From NCBI GenBank assembly GCA_030390025.1, contig CM059443.1:66588001-66652000 (forward strand): DNA of 64,000 nucleotides, given 5' to 3'. The notes beneath the pieces were generated by a model. The model was not told where the DNA came from, ran no database searches, and was given only the letters and a program-made list of their open reading frames with translations. Positions 11,812 to 24,067 of the stretch are shown here, piece after piece. Every line of letters begins with the position of its first letter. Position 1 is the first letter of the stretch. The DNA is from Squalus acanthias (lineage: Eukaryota). Both the position numbers and the translations under genes were made by a program.

Positions 11812-12693
11812 GGGGCAGAAATTCAGTATCGCCCCATTTGGGGCGCAATTATCGGCCGGGCGCGAAGATTAGCGCCTGGCGCTAATTATCGCCACTGACT
11901 GCAAACTTGACTTTTATCGCCCCTGGAGGTGATTGGAGCGCTAAATTAGGCGCTTCACACCTGTCTTAAGGCGCAAAGGCCGAGGAGCGAGGCGCTACCT
12001 CAGAGCGCTGGCGAAGCTAATGTGATGTCAGTCAGCAATGGAACACACACACACTGGCGCGGGCCAGTTCTTAAAGGGGATGGTTGATCTTGCTTTCCAT
12101 CCACATCCTGCTCATTGCAGCCTTGAATCTCGGCCTGGAGAGACCTGCACATCAAATCTGCTGGAAAGAACAATGGAGAGTACCAGGGAAAGAGCTCAGA
12201 GTGCAGCCCACACAGTCTCTTCTAAATCGATACAAGGAAGGGCAAATCAAAATGAACCTGCAAAGTGTTGCTCAGTACCCAAAACTCCTTCACACAGCGT
12301 TGAATCTCTCCAGAAGTCTCTCTCTCTCTCTCTCAGAATGCGTGGTTCAAAAATGTCACCAACAATAAAAGGCAGGAAGCGGTCGCCTTTAAATAGCGCT
12401 CCCCCAGTCCCTTCCTGACTGCAAAACGCTCCCCTCAACCTGTCGTTGCTAGCGGCAGGCGGTAAGGCAGGGAGCGCCACTCAATATCCACTCCGGGGCG
12501 TTGCGCACTCGACTGACGTCACAATCTGCCGGCGCAGGAGATCGTGGCGGTAGTGTTTAGCGCCGCCGCAAAATGTCTAGTTAATTTCGCGAGCGGCGCA
12601 AACATTGCCGCGCCCGGGCGCTAGATGCTTTGCGCCCCATTAGCGCCCTCTTAAGGCGCTAACGGGAGGCGCAACCAACTGAATTTTCCCCCC
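11812..12693. mobile_element. CpG-rich non-autonomous TIR DNA transposon (PIF/Harbinger-like), nested in a Deu-SINE
   Basis: Imperfect TIRs GGGGCAGAAATTCAG and CTGAATTTTCCCCCC (12/15); repeated subterminal TTAGCGCC/GGCGCTAA; abrupt GC/CpG shift; no transposase ORF. Confidence 0.7.
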
Positions 12694-13036
12694 GAAATGT
12701 TCAATTTGATACACTGCTGAGCTTGATTCACTGGATAGAGGGATAGAGATCAGGAGCGGGAAACCTTGGCTCTTCTCCCTCTTCGCCTTCCCCCACCCCC
12801 GCAACCTAACCCAGGACGAGGACAAGAATTGTAGTGCCAAAACTGCTGCTGCAGCTTAGACATGACGCACACCAGGAATTGATTCTAGCTCTGTATGGGT
12901 CAGCATTACCATGGTCAATATATTTACCCACTAGGCCATTGAAGAGTCCCAGTGGGCATAGTTATACCATTCAATCCTGGGAAATCTGCCATTGATGCAG
13001 TTGAATATTGCTCATTATTAATACTGCATTTTACAG

Positions 13037-13142
13037 GTTTGACAAGGATTCTGTGAATCTGGAAAGATCTCCTGCAATTTCCAAAGAAGAACAAGCTTTC
13101 AGAGAAAAGATGGTGAAAACATCGCGACTAAAAGTAACTGAT
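13037..13142 (+). CDS. myo9a: Myosin IXa tail exon FDKDSVNLERSP...SRLKVTD
   Basis: ttttacag| and GAT|gtaagc; 106 nt, phase 2-0, bridges the flanking exons in frame. Confidence 0.85.
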
Positions 13143-13981
13143 GTAAGCAATTTAATCCTATTTCCTTAGTAGTTTGTGAAGGAGGCCAGTGAGCAGAGCA
13201 CGGGGGAGAAGTAGTTTCTAAAGAGAGCACGAGCCTGTGGTGAATGAGGTTTGTTTAAAGTAAATCTTGAACTGCATCCAGCTGTGGAACCTAACAAGAC
13301 CACAGCTTCAAACCAGAGTTTGCAATACGTAAGCAGGGTTTGCACTTTACAAAATTTTCATAAAAACCATAAAATGTCTCAATCTTGCATTTTTTCCTTA
13401 AATTTTTCACCCCCCCCCCCCCCCAACTCCTGAATATGCTGACTGTTTCAGGTTACGATTCCACAGGTGTCAGCAGCCCTCCAGTATCTCGTCCAAGTGG
13501 TTGTTCTTCATGAGTAAGCCTGGGCACTGGGTGTTAGCAGTCAATTTGACTACGGGGGGCATCACATCTAAGCACGATCCTGCCCTCACCTGGCATCTAC
13601 ACGTGCACTTACCAGCAGGAGCCACTGGATAGTGACCAGGGGCAGGAACCCTCACTAATTCAGCAGAGACTGGGTACGGAGCGCGAAACCTTCTGGCCTG
13701 TGCAGCTTAGTGCTACACCAGGGTGATGCCACAATCACAAGGATCTTAGTACATTGTTGTTAAATGTATAGAAAGCATTGACCTCTTGAAATTTTTACTG
13801 TCATGTTCTTCACGTCTGTAAGCTGCTTTTCCTTTTTATCATTGCTTTGTTTTTTTTCCAGCTGTGCTTTTGTAGATGAGGATAGTTTTATTTTGGCTCA
13901 GGCCGATCCAACTTGTCGTTTGGGCACTTTTCATTTAGTTACATGTGTTTTGATTTTTTTGTGTGTTATTCGGTCAATCAG

Positions 13982-14194
13982 GTTGCAAGACCAGCGCACA
14001 AAAAGAAAGCCCGCATGGCGCGGACCCGCTCTGATTTCTTGACTAGAGGCTCTAACGCTGAAGGGGAGGGAGAGACTGAGGAAGAGGAGTATGATGACCC
14101 CTCCGTTGAGCCCCCTCTCTCCCCCGACCAACCTAGGCCTGAGCTGAGACCCAACGACAGTGCCGGACAGGCCTGTTACAGTGACTCAGAAATG
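13982..14194 (+). CDS. myo9a: Myosin IXa exon VARPAHKKKARMARTRSDFLTRG...SDSEM (71 aa, probable cassette)
   Basis: aatcag| and ATG|gtaaat; 213 nt, phase 0-0; matches a recalled MYO9A long-isoform insert. Confidence 0.93.
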
Positions 14195-17100
14195 GTAAAT
14201 AAAACATGGCCAATTGGGTGCAAGTCAAATCTGGAAGCATCTCTTTGCTAACCCTTAATGTGGGGTAGAAAGCAATACTGACATCTGGAACTGCTTAACC
14301 TCCCCTGCCTTTCAGATTTTAGAAGGCAACACTCTATGCACAAGCACGGTACCTTTCTCTTTAGATTTCTGTGTCCTTTTCGCAGTGTACTGCAGTAAGT
14401 TTTGCTGCTGTATACAGGGGCCATAGACAATGATACCCTCCTTACCGCACAAAAGTTTTTCCAATTTGTTTCCTGTATACAACATTAGTTGCATGAATTA
14501 TTGACAATGGCAGCACTTTAACCAGTTAAAGCATTGGTTACACTTTAACAAACTACATACGGCATAACGTGCATTTCCCTGCTAGCTGCATTGTAACTAT
14601 GGGGTAGGATTTTTAAATAATGAGCTGCAGACTTCCCTGCCTTTTCATTCGAGATCACTGAATTCAGTAACCAAATGACCAGTGTTGAGCTGGTTTCACT
14701 GCAGAATGCGTTGTGTTGCAGGGTCATTTTCTCAGTTTCTGTGCCACCTCAGTAACTTGTGGTGTCACTCCAACAATTCCAGTCACACTATTGCACATAT
14801 ATGTTCAGTATGTTCCGCTGACTGAGAATCAATGCATTTTGTATTCAGTAGATTTTACCAATTCGGCACTACAAGCCTGCATAAAAATATTTTTACACAT
14901 TCCCATTTCGACCCTCATCTCCTGAAGGCATTCACTTTCTGCAGTATAGTTCCATGGGTGCCACCAGCTAAAACAGTAACTCAGTACAGATCGGGGGCCT
15001 CTGATGATCGGGGGCCTCTGATCTTACTGGAACATGTGGTGAAGCTTGGAATGAGCTCAACTGCGATGACCCCCATTGGTTAAATATGGGTCAAAACTAG
15101 CTGTCTAGGCTCGAACATGAAGAACAGAGTAAGGTACAGGAGTACTGCCACAACCCATGGAACTTTACCCCAACAAGAGTTGGCACCTTCAGGAGATGGA
15201 GATAAGATAGGAAAATTGAAGACAATCCCCATTAAATTAAGAGTATATTGAGTAAGGTGCTTTTGAATGTGTTTGAGTGTTTCCTTTTAAAACAGCCAAA
15301 TATTTGGGACTTCGACCACCACTGTCCTGCACTGGAAATCTCTGCTAAACTCTCGGAGATCTGGTCACACTCTTCCTGGACTGGGTATGGGCCATTCTGT
15401 TACTAAGCCAATCTTCTTCACTAGCCCCTACTACTTCCCTGACTGTGTCGGCCATCACAGTATTCACCTCCCACTTGTAGTGGACTCGATTTAGCAAATT
15501 ACTGCATGCCATAGCTTAGCTAACTGCGCTGCTCGGTTTGTACTTGCACATCTGTTTTCCCCCTTTCACTTTTAACACCTGAAACTCGATCTATATTCTA
15601 ACCGGTGGGTTTTATTAACAGCACAGCAGGTAGCTTATCAGCTAAATGCCACTACCTCTTCTGGTTTTTTTTTCTTCACTGGCTTCATTTTGGTGTGTCC
15701 TTTACAAACTAGCCAAAAAGAGTGCTGGAAATTTTAGTTTTAACTTGTGAGTACATGTGAAGTGAATTGTCGACTTTAGCTGTATGCATGTCTGTTAACT
15801 GAATACTTTATAAAGTATATTATGCGGATATTTTTCACCCTAGTTGCATTTTTAAGTTGCAGCCCAAAGGTTATAAAGTGATTTCTCACCAAGTGTGTTG
15901 CAGTTGCACTAAGAATTATATTTTACGAGTCACCAGATTTGATCACAAAGATCTTGCACCGCCTGTGTCCGACCCCCAATACTGATGTTGTCGATAATCG
16001 TCCCAACTACACTGTTTGTTGTCTTGTATGGAGCAGTGAGGTTGGACAAACTGCAATGTGGGGGCCGGCACAGATACTGACCAAGGATTCTTCCAGTCGA
16101 CATAAGATTTTTCACACGTTAAAAGATCGATCCTCGCTATGTACTCTATTCATTATTGTGTGCTGCCTCAGAGTTCAACTTTAGTGGATTTCAGTTGCTC
16201 TGAAGCCAAAGTCTGACTTGCCATTTGAACAATTAGAATCTGATTTCCTTTCTCGGCAGCCGAATGCTAGTATCCTGATAGCGGTGCAAAAGAGTCCGTG
16301 TTTGGACCAGTCTTGAGCTGATCCTAGTGAGACAGTGCCACCTACAGGCCTCTATAGGCACCAACTGTGTTCTTTCATTACGTCATGGCTAGCCCTTGTG
16401 CAGGGTGTCACTGCTACTGTTAGTCCTTTGTTCAGTCAGTGAGAGTTCTCAATCTGTGGTATGGTTTATATAAATGGGATGAGGAATTAGATGCCTGTCG
16501 AGGAAGACTTTTAACAGTTATTTAAATTTTCAGTCTTTTTTTAAAAAGTTAAAGTGTTAAGACTTAATTTCGCTCCAGTCAAGACTGTGTTCTGAGCCTT
16601 ATAGTAAGTATCTGATCCTGGGAGTGATGAAGAAATTAATCTCAGCAGAACGAGCAGTACTGAGCAATAAGGTGCGTGCAGGCTATTTGACTTGGGGTCA
16701 GTATACACACATGCACACGCGCTCTCAATTTCCAGGAAGAGTCACTAGAGAGCGATCCAGAGCAGCAATATTGTTTTTTTCCCCCCTCCGTAGCTCAGGG
16801 ACACCGCGGCCAGTTGTGGTGCCTCCATCGTTGCCCAGGCTGAGATCAGTTGACTCGGTACAGACCTGAGATCAAATCTGGGACCTTACTGCTGTACCAT
16901 GCCGGGTGATGCATCTAACTACTGAGGTATTTCAGTACCCCAGGGACTCACTCTTGGTCATAAGCTCAGGAGACCATACCTTTTCACTACCTGATATTTC
17001 TGTGTCTTATCCTTGCTTCACTCTGTTAAATGTTAACTTGAGCTAAATGTTTTGATTAGTTTTTTTATGCACATTCTTATAAAAAAGTGTGAATTCCTCT

Positions 17101-19733
17101 CGACTGCAAACTAGATTCACAACGCGCAAATGAGTCTCACTTTGGTCCTTTAATACATGTTGGGAATCTGTTTGCATAACTTGTCCAATAAGAATTAATT
17201 TTGCATGTTTTCGGTTTTCTCTCTCGTGTCAGCTGGCTTCCTCAACCATTACTGAAGAGCCTGCGTGCCAATGGTCTGGAAATGGTTATTCTTGCATTAT
17301 GGTACCATACGCTAAATTGATTTCTCCTTGCCTGTTATCTTCACATGCACATAAGCTGGGCCCATTGTCAAACGTGGGTGAGTCATGGGGACAGTCATTT
17401 CAAAAGCTTGATTTGCTGTAGCCATGCTAGAGTCACCTGTTCTTCCGATCTCTTTCTCTTCCCCCTCCCAACACCCAGTATTAGAACACACTCATTTCTG
17501 TGCTGCAGACAAACTTCAACTTTGAAGTGAAGAAGAGTTTCAGTGCATCAAGCCTTTTCTGTGCATAGCCTATGTCCAGCTTGGGCTATTGTGGACTCTG
17601 CGGCCAAGCCTTGATTATTTATCAGCTTGGTGGCAGGATTGAACGTATTTATACCATAAAAGGAGAAAAAGAACCCAAGAAAAACAAGTATATACCCAAG
17701 GAAAGGAAAAAGTTTGAGTTATTTTTCTTTTTGAACGAGTTAGAAGTCTCTCAGACTCTCAGCTTTGTAATATCTCTGGTAAAGGAGCATTTTCTCGCTT
17801 TGTCAAGGTGAGCATGTAGTTTAACCATAGCACATCTTTCATCCATGACCAAACCAGCCTTCAGATTCTGTAAGTAGCCATAACCTTTGCCCTTGTTGCC
17901 TTCCTTCATAACTTCAAAGAGTGTGAAACTTTCTCAATCTTTCCAATTGGACCTGGACCTGTTGGAAGATTTGGGGATAAGATGACTTTGTTCAGCACAC
18001 AACGTGACTCAGTAACTAAATGTAAGAAGAACAAGTGCTCCAGGTGAGAGAGGGATTTGGCTGCTAAGTTAGGATGGCACAGCAGGTCTTGGAACTGAGC
18101 TAGTCAGTACAGGCCTCATGCCAGATTATTACATTAAGATAACAGCCCTGAATAGGCAGCAAAGAAATTGTAGGTGTGTTCAAATAATTCTGCAAATAGA
18201 TTCATGAATGAAGGCTGTGAACACATTCTGGATATGAACAAACTGACTTGAAAATCTATTACGTGTATATGGAGGTCAATAAAATGTGTTCTGAGGAAAC
18301 TAAGTGTTAAATCTCCACGAGCATCCAGACCCAATGAGAACACACCAGCATCCTTAAGAAATTGACCATGACACCTGAATCAAGGAATTTTGCAGCTGTT
18401 AGTCCTGCATTGTTAATTTCCTATGTCCTGGATTCACCTTTGTTGCACTTCTCTGACTCTCTCCAGTCCATTGATGTCCTTTTGAAGGAAGGCTGCCCAA
18501 AGCTACACACTATATTCTACATGTGGCCTTGCCAATGAGTTATAAAGGCTTAATGTAACTGGTTTTGATTAGTAGCCAAATGACCTTAACATGATTGCCA
18601 ATGCTTGAGTAGTCTTCTTGACAAGAGCCTTGCATTGACTGGATGCAGTCTACTGTGAGTACACATTTCATGTGCCAGTGTTAATTTTTCCACATTAAAT
18701 TCCGTGTACCGTTCCTTAGCCGGTTTACTTAATCCCAAATGGTTTACATAATCCTTAATGACCAAATCCCATTGAACACTATTGGTCTCACCTACATTGG
18801 ACATGTTACTGTTATCAACAGATTTGATGATAATAGAAGTTTCCTTCTCTAAATGTGAAGGAAAGGTGCAAAAGCACTTGCATTCTTACAGTAGCTCATC
18901 ACATCTCAGAAATGTCGCAAAGCACTTCGTATACAATGAATTACTGTTCAATGTAGTGACTGTTATGTGGGCAGTACAATCCCACAAACAGCAAGAGTAG
19001 TTTATAGCTTGCAGAGTGACTAATCTCTGATTTATCACGTGCATATCTAAGATATTTTTGTGATTGAGCATAAAATTACTATTTGCATAGAAACCATAAA
19101 CACCGCAGAATCCAAGTAAAAACCCAACAAAAGTACTGCTGGAAACTTTGTTCCACTCGCCTGTTACACAGTTCATTCAACAATGTTGCATCATAACTCA
19201 TCAGATGAGACAAGCCCTTATTACTTGTTTAGAAAGTATTGTATAATAAAAATGTTTACTGGGTGAGTCATATAAACTCTCAAAGGACTACTGTTCCTTT
19301 TTCATATTCATGTTCCAATGCATGTCCTGCACGATCTTCCATCCTTTCTGTTAATAGAATGATGTTTCAGTGATGCAACTGAACAAGTCATTGTTGAACA
19401 AAAGTACCTTTGATTGGTATCCATTTTTTTTTGAATTACAGTCCAATTACTTTTATTCCAGTGAGCAAAATGCCTTTGAATGTAAAATTCTGCAGCTGAA
19501 ATATGGACAAAGCTTAGACCTGTTTTATAGTCTTGTAACGGCAATGCAATTAAACATTGTTGCCTCCTCATTTTATTGACACTTCAAGTAGTTATCCAGT
19601 TAGTTTTATAAAGCTCTGTTATCTTGGCCATAAATAGGTTTTCTAAACTATTGTATCAGTGAGCCATCAGCTCAACAGTAAGGTAAGGATTGGCGATGAT
19701 CTCGATGGTGCTAGCTTGTACTCTGTCTTGCAG

Positions 19734-19837
19734 ATGCAGTCTACGAGAAATGAAGACCAAAAGAAACTGCACAAGGCACAGTCGCAAGATGAACTGGGCA
19801 GGTTGGACCCTGTACAGAAGAGTACTACGGATGGCAG
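19734..19837 (+). CDS. myo9a: Myosin IXa tail exon MQSTRNEDQKKLHKAQSQDE...
   Basis: tcttgcag| and AG|gtaatg; 104 nt, phase 0-2. Confidence 0.9.
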
Positions 19838-20365
19838 GTAATGAGAGATGAGACCTTTTACAGCTGGTGTCAGCACCTGGGTGGGCTGGAGAGTGGAACA
19901 ATTAGCCAGAGTTCCTGCTGCTTGGCGCTATTCAGTGACCTATGCTGGAAAGTGTTTGTCTGTGCATGGTGGGTGAGAATGGGATTTGAATTGGCTGTGA
20001 TGACCTACATGAGAGAATAGCTTGCTGGCACTCGCTGACACATGAAAAGTAACCACCTGGGTGAGATGACGGCGAACAGCTGGTGCTCGATGAACCATTG
20101 GTAGACAAAGGAAGAAAATTGAAACCAAAAATATATATTTTTTTGAAGTATTGTGTAGACTGATTCTCTAAATAGTATGAATAATAATATGAACCATGTT
20201 TTGGAAATCCTGCAGTTTTAAGAGCACACCCTGCATTTCCTCTAATGGTCCTAACAGTAATGTTAACAAAAAATATATAAATATATGCTGGGTTTTAAAT
20301 TTGCATACATTCTGAAACTTGCTGCCACTTGGCCGTGACTGTAATATGGATATTCTCTCGTATTT

Positions 20366-22963
20366 AGAGTCATGGAGTCATAACGGCACAGAAGGAGGCC
20401 ATTCGGCCCATCGAGTCCGTGACAGCTCTCTGTAGAGCAATCCAGGCAGTCCCATTCCCCCGCTCTATCCCCATAGCCCTGCAAGTTTATTTCCCTCAAG
20501 TGCCTATCCAGTCTCCCCTTGAAAACATTGAGTGTGTCCGCTTCCACCACTTCTATCGGCAGCGAGTTCCAGGTCCTCAGCACTCGCTGCGTAAAGAAGT
20601 TTTTCCTCACATGCCCCCGTATCTCTTGCCCAAAACCTTAAATCTGTGTCCCCTAGTCCTAATACCATCAATCATTGGGAACAGCCTTTCCCCATCTAGC
20701 CTATCCAAACCCGTCATAATCTTGTACACCTCTATCAAATCACCCCTCAACCTCCTTTGCTCTAATGAAAACAAATCCAGCTCTCCAACCTGTCCATGTA
20801 GCTAAGATTCCCCCATCCCCAGAACCATTCTGGTAAATCTCCTCTGCACCCTCTCAAATGCCTTCACATCCTTCCTAAAGTGTGGTGACCAGAACTGGAC
20901 GCAATACTCCAGTTGTGGCCTAACCAGCGCTTTTTAAAGGTTCAGCATAACTTCTCTACTTTTGTACTCAATACCTCTATTTATGAAGCCCAAGATCCCA
21001 TATGCTTTGCTAACCACTCTCAATATGTCCTGCCACCTTCAGGGACTTATGCACATTAACTCCCAGGTCCCTCTGTCCCTGCACACTCTTTAAAACTGTG
21101 CCATTAAGTGTATATTGCCTCTCCCTGTTCCTTCTGCAAAAATGCATCACCTCACACTTCTCTGTATTAAATTCCATCTGCCACTTGTCTGCCCATTCTC
21201 CTAGCCTTTCTATGTCCTGTTGCAGTCGATTGTTATCATCCTCACTGTTTGCCACACCCCCAACTTTGGTGTCATCGGCAAATTTAGAAATTCTACTCTG
21301 TATTCTAATATCCAGGTCATTAATATCAAAAAAAAGCAGTGGCCACCGCACTGACCCTTCGGGAACACCACTGTCTACCATCCTCCAGTCTGAAAAACAG
21401 CCATTTACCACAACTCACTGTTTTCTGTCCTTAAGCCAATTCCTTATCCAAGATGCCACTGACCCACCTATTCCACGATCCTCAATTTTGTTAACCAGCC
21501 TTCTATGTGGTACTTTGTCAAACGCCTTGCGAAAATCCATGTAGACAACATCCATTGCATTCCCTTCATCAATCCTCCCTGTTACTTCATCAAAAAATTC
21601 AATTAGATTAGTCAAACACGATCTGCCTTTCACAAATCCGTGTTGACTCTCCTTAATTAGCTTAAACCTCTCCAAGTGCCTGTTAATTTTTTCCTTGATT
21701 ATTGTTTCTAAAACTTTACCCACCATTGATGTTAAACTGACTGGCCTGTAGTTACTAGGATTGTCCTTACACCCTTTCTTGAACAATGGTGTCACATTTG
21801 CCACTTTCCAATCCTCAGGCACCTCCCCCGCATCTAGGGAAGATTGGAAAATTATGGCAAGCCCTTCCGTTATCTCCTCCCCCAATTCCCTTAACAACCT
21901 GGGATGCAAGCCATCTGGACCAGTCGACTTATCCACTCTAAGCATACCCAGCCTTTCTAGTACATCTTGTCTATCAATTTTCACCCCTTCCATTGCTTCT
22001 ACCTTTTCCACTTCTACCAATATTTTGTCAGCATCCACCTCCTTAGTAAACACCGATACAAAGTACTCATCGAGTATTCTAGCCTTGCCCAGCACCTCTA
22101 AGCATATATCACCTCCTTTTGTCCCTAATTGGCCCCACCCCGCCTCTTACTACCCGCTTACTGTTTACATGCCGGTAGAAGATTTTTGGGTTCCCTTTTA
22201 TGTTAACTGCCATTCTACTCTCATATTCTCCCTTTGCTAATCTTATTTTCATCTTCACTTCCCCTCTAAACTTATTGTATTTGGTCTGGTTCTCCCTTGA
22301 AGAATTCACCTGACATTCGTCATACACCTTTTTTTTGTTTCATCATCTTCTCTATCTCCCTCGTCATCCAAGGAGCCCTTGCTTTGGTTCCCTTACCCTT
22401 CCCTCTTGTTGGAATGTACCTAGCCTGAACTTGGAACACCTCCTCCTTAAAGATCACCCATTGTTCCGTTACAGTTTTTCCTGTCAGTCTTTGGTTCCAT
22501 TTTACCTCAGCTAGATCCTTTCGCATCCCATTGAAGTTGGCCCTATTCCAGTTTAGAAGTTCCACTCTAGATTGATCCTTGCTCCTCTCCATTGCTAATC
22601 TAAATCTTATGATACGATGATCACTCGTACCCAAGTGTTCTCCCACAGACACTTGGTCGACCTTGCCCACCTCATTCCCCAGCACCAGATCCAGCAATGC
22701 CTCCTTCCTAGTTGGGCCAAGAACATACTGGTCAAGGAAAGTCTCCTGAACACATTTCAGAAATTCCTCCCCCTCCTTTCCCTTTACCCTAGCATTATCC
22801 CAATCGATATTTGGGTAATTAAAAGTCCCTCAAACTCTCTAGCTCTTGCATATCTCTGTGATTTCCCTGCAGATTTGCTCCTCTACCTCCCTCTCACTAT
22901 TTGGAGGCCTGTAGAATACCCCCAATTGCGTGATCATACCCTTTTTGCTCCTCACCTCTAACA
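20366..22963 (-). mobile_element. 5'-truncated CR1 LINE (HER1-like), 2.6 kb, frameshifted ORF2 (EN end plus RT)
   Basis: Motifs LDLVL, DHRII, KSTGPDGLHP, NYRPVSLTS, QHGFVKGRSCLTNL, DFRKAFDKV, SGVP.GSV, FADDTK; 3' GACTC-type tail; GTATTT at 20360-20365 and 22964-22969 (possible TSD). Confidence 0.95.
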
Positions 22964-23568
22964 GTATTTCAAGGAAAATCCAGAACTTGAGATTCAGGCA
23001 ATTAAAGGAGATGTAAGGTTCCTTTACAAAGCTGATTTCCTACTGCTTCTGTCTATGGAGAGAGAGTTTTGCACACCCACTACCTCTTAGTTTCCAGTCA
23101 GGTGCCAGTCATGCTCGACTCCTCGGTTTAATTTGGAAGGCCAATTGTTCAATTCTAAATGAGGACCAGCTCCCCATGTTTACTTCACTGAAACTGGCCT
23201 TCTTAATGTGATGATAGACTCATAGACCCACGTTTTCACAACAGTATTTAAAATATGGAGCGCAGCTAATGGAGGGAGCAAGGCTGTAATATAAAAGCAC
23301 CTATGAAAAGCCAGCAGGGCTGATTGAAGCACATTGCATTTTTTGATGCCTCTAATTGATCACAGGTGTGCTTCCTGTGTTTGATCTGCAGGCACGACCT
23401 GCTTTTTCGTTCAGAAACGTGTATGGGAAATAAAAGCTAATTGGAAAGCTGAAAATTCTGAATGGGGAAAAAACAAATAATTCCTATTTGCAGTATGCTG
23501 TTAATATCTGTGTGATCCAAGTTAGACTGAACCCATTTTTTAAACTAACTTATGATTTCCACCCGTAG

Positions 23569-23777
23569 AGCTCCTCTGAAGGGTCGCATGAGATTCTGGG
23601 GAAATAGAAAACAAGGAGAAAAGAAGCTGTCGAGAGAGAAACTGGCTACTCAGTCGGAGCTCCAGGAGCTCAGTATGGATCAGGAAGTACAGGGACTACC
23701 GTGGAGGAGAGAGCTCAAAGCCAGCGAGACCTCGCTCAGTCTACCGCTGACAGAAGGCAGGGAGAGTGCATTTAAAG
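23569..23777 (+). CDS. myo9a: Myosin IXa tail exon APLKGRMRFWGNRKQGEKK...
   Basis: cccgtag| and G|gtaaat; 209 nt, phase 2-1. Confidence 0.93.
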
Positions 23778-23973
23778 GTAAATAACATGATTAGCCATTA
23801 AACATTTAAAAAATAGCAGTTTGCATTTATCTAGCACTTCATCGCATCTTTCAGAAACCTCTCAAACGCTTCACGTACAGTGAATTACTTTGGAGTGTGA
23901 CCACTGTTATGTGGGTAATCGCAGAAGCCATTTTGTGCGCAAATAGGAATGAGGTGAATACCATCTCATCTGT

Positions 23974-24067
23974 AATAAAAACAGAAAATGCTGGAGATAC
24001 TCAGCAGGTCAGGCAGCATCTGTGAAGAGAGAAACAGAGTTAACGTTTCAGGTCGATGACCGTTCGT
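23974..24067 (-). mobile_element. 94-bp Penelope-like terminal fragment with 12-bp TSD
   Basis: CATCTCATCTGT at 23962-23973 and 24068-24079; insert nearly identical to 43815-43908. Confidence 0.8.

Noticed and set aside
12038-12418. 126-aa ORF inside the TIR element
   Set aside because: Runs through a (CT)n tract and has no DDE or recognisable Myb domain.
15713-15746. 34-nt AG..GTGAGT unit near TGCATG motifs
   Set aside because: Frameshifting with an A-rich acceptor end; a poison exon cannot be told from chance.
17479-17568. Strong acceptors ending at 17478 and 17508
   Set aside because: Immediate or early in-frame stops and no convincing donor.
19358-19416. Acceptor with TGCATG and ORF 19370-19579
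   Set aside because: The available donors are out of frame, and joining to exon 23569 creates TGA.
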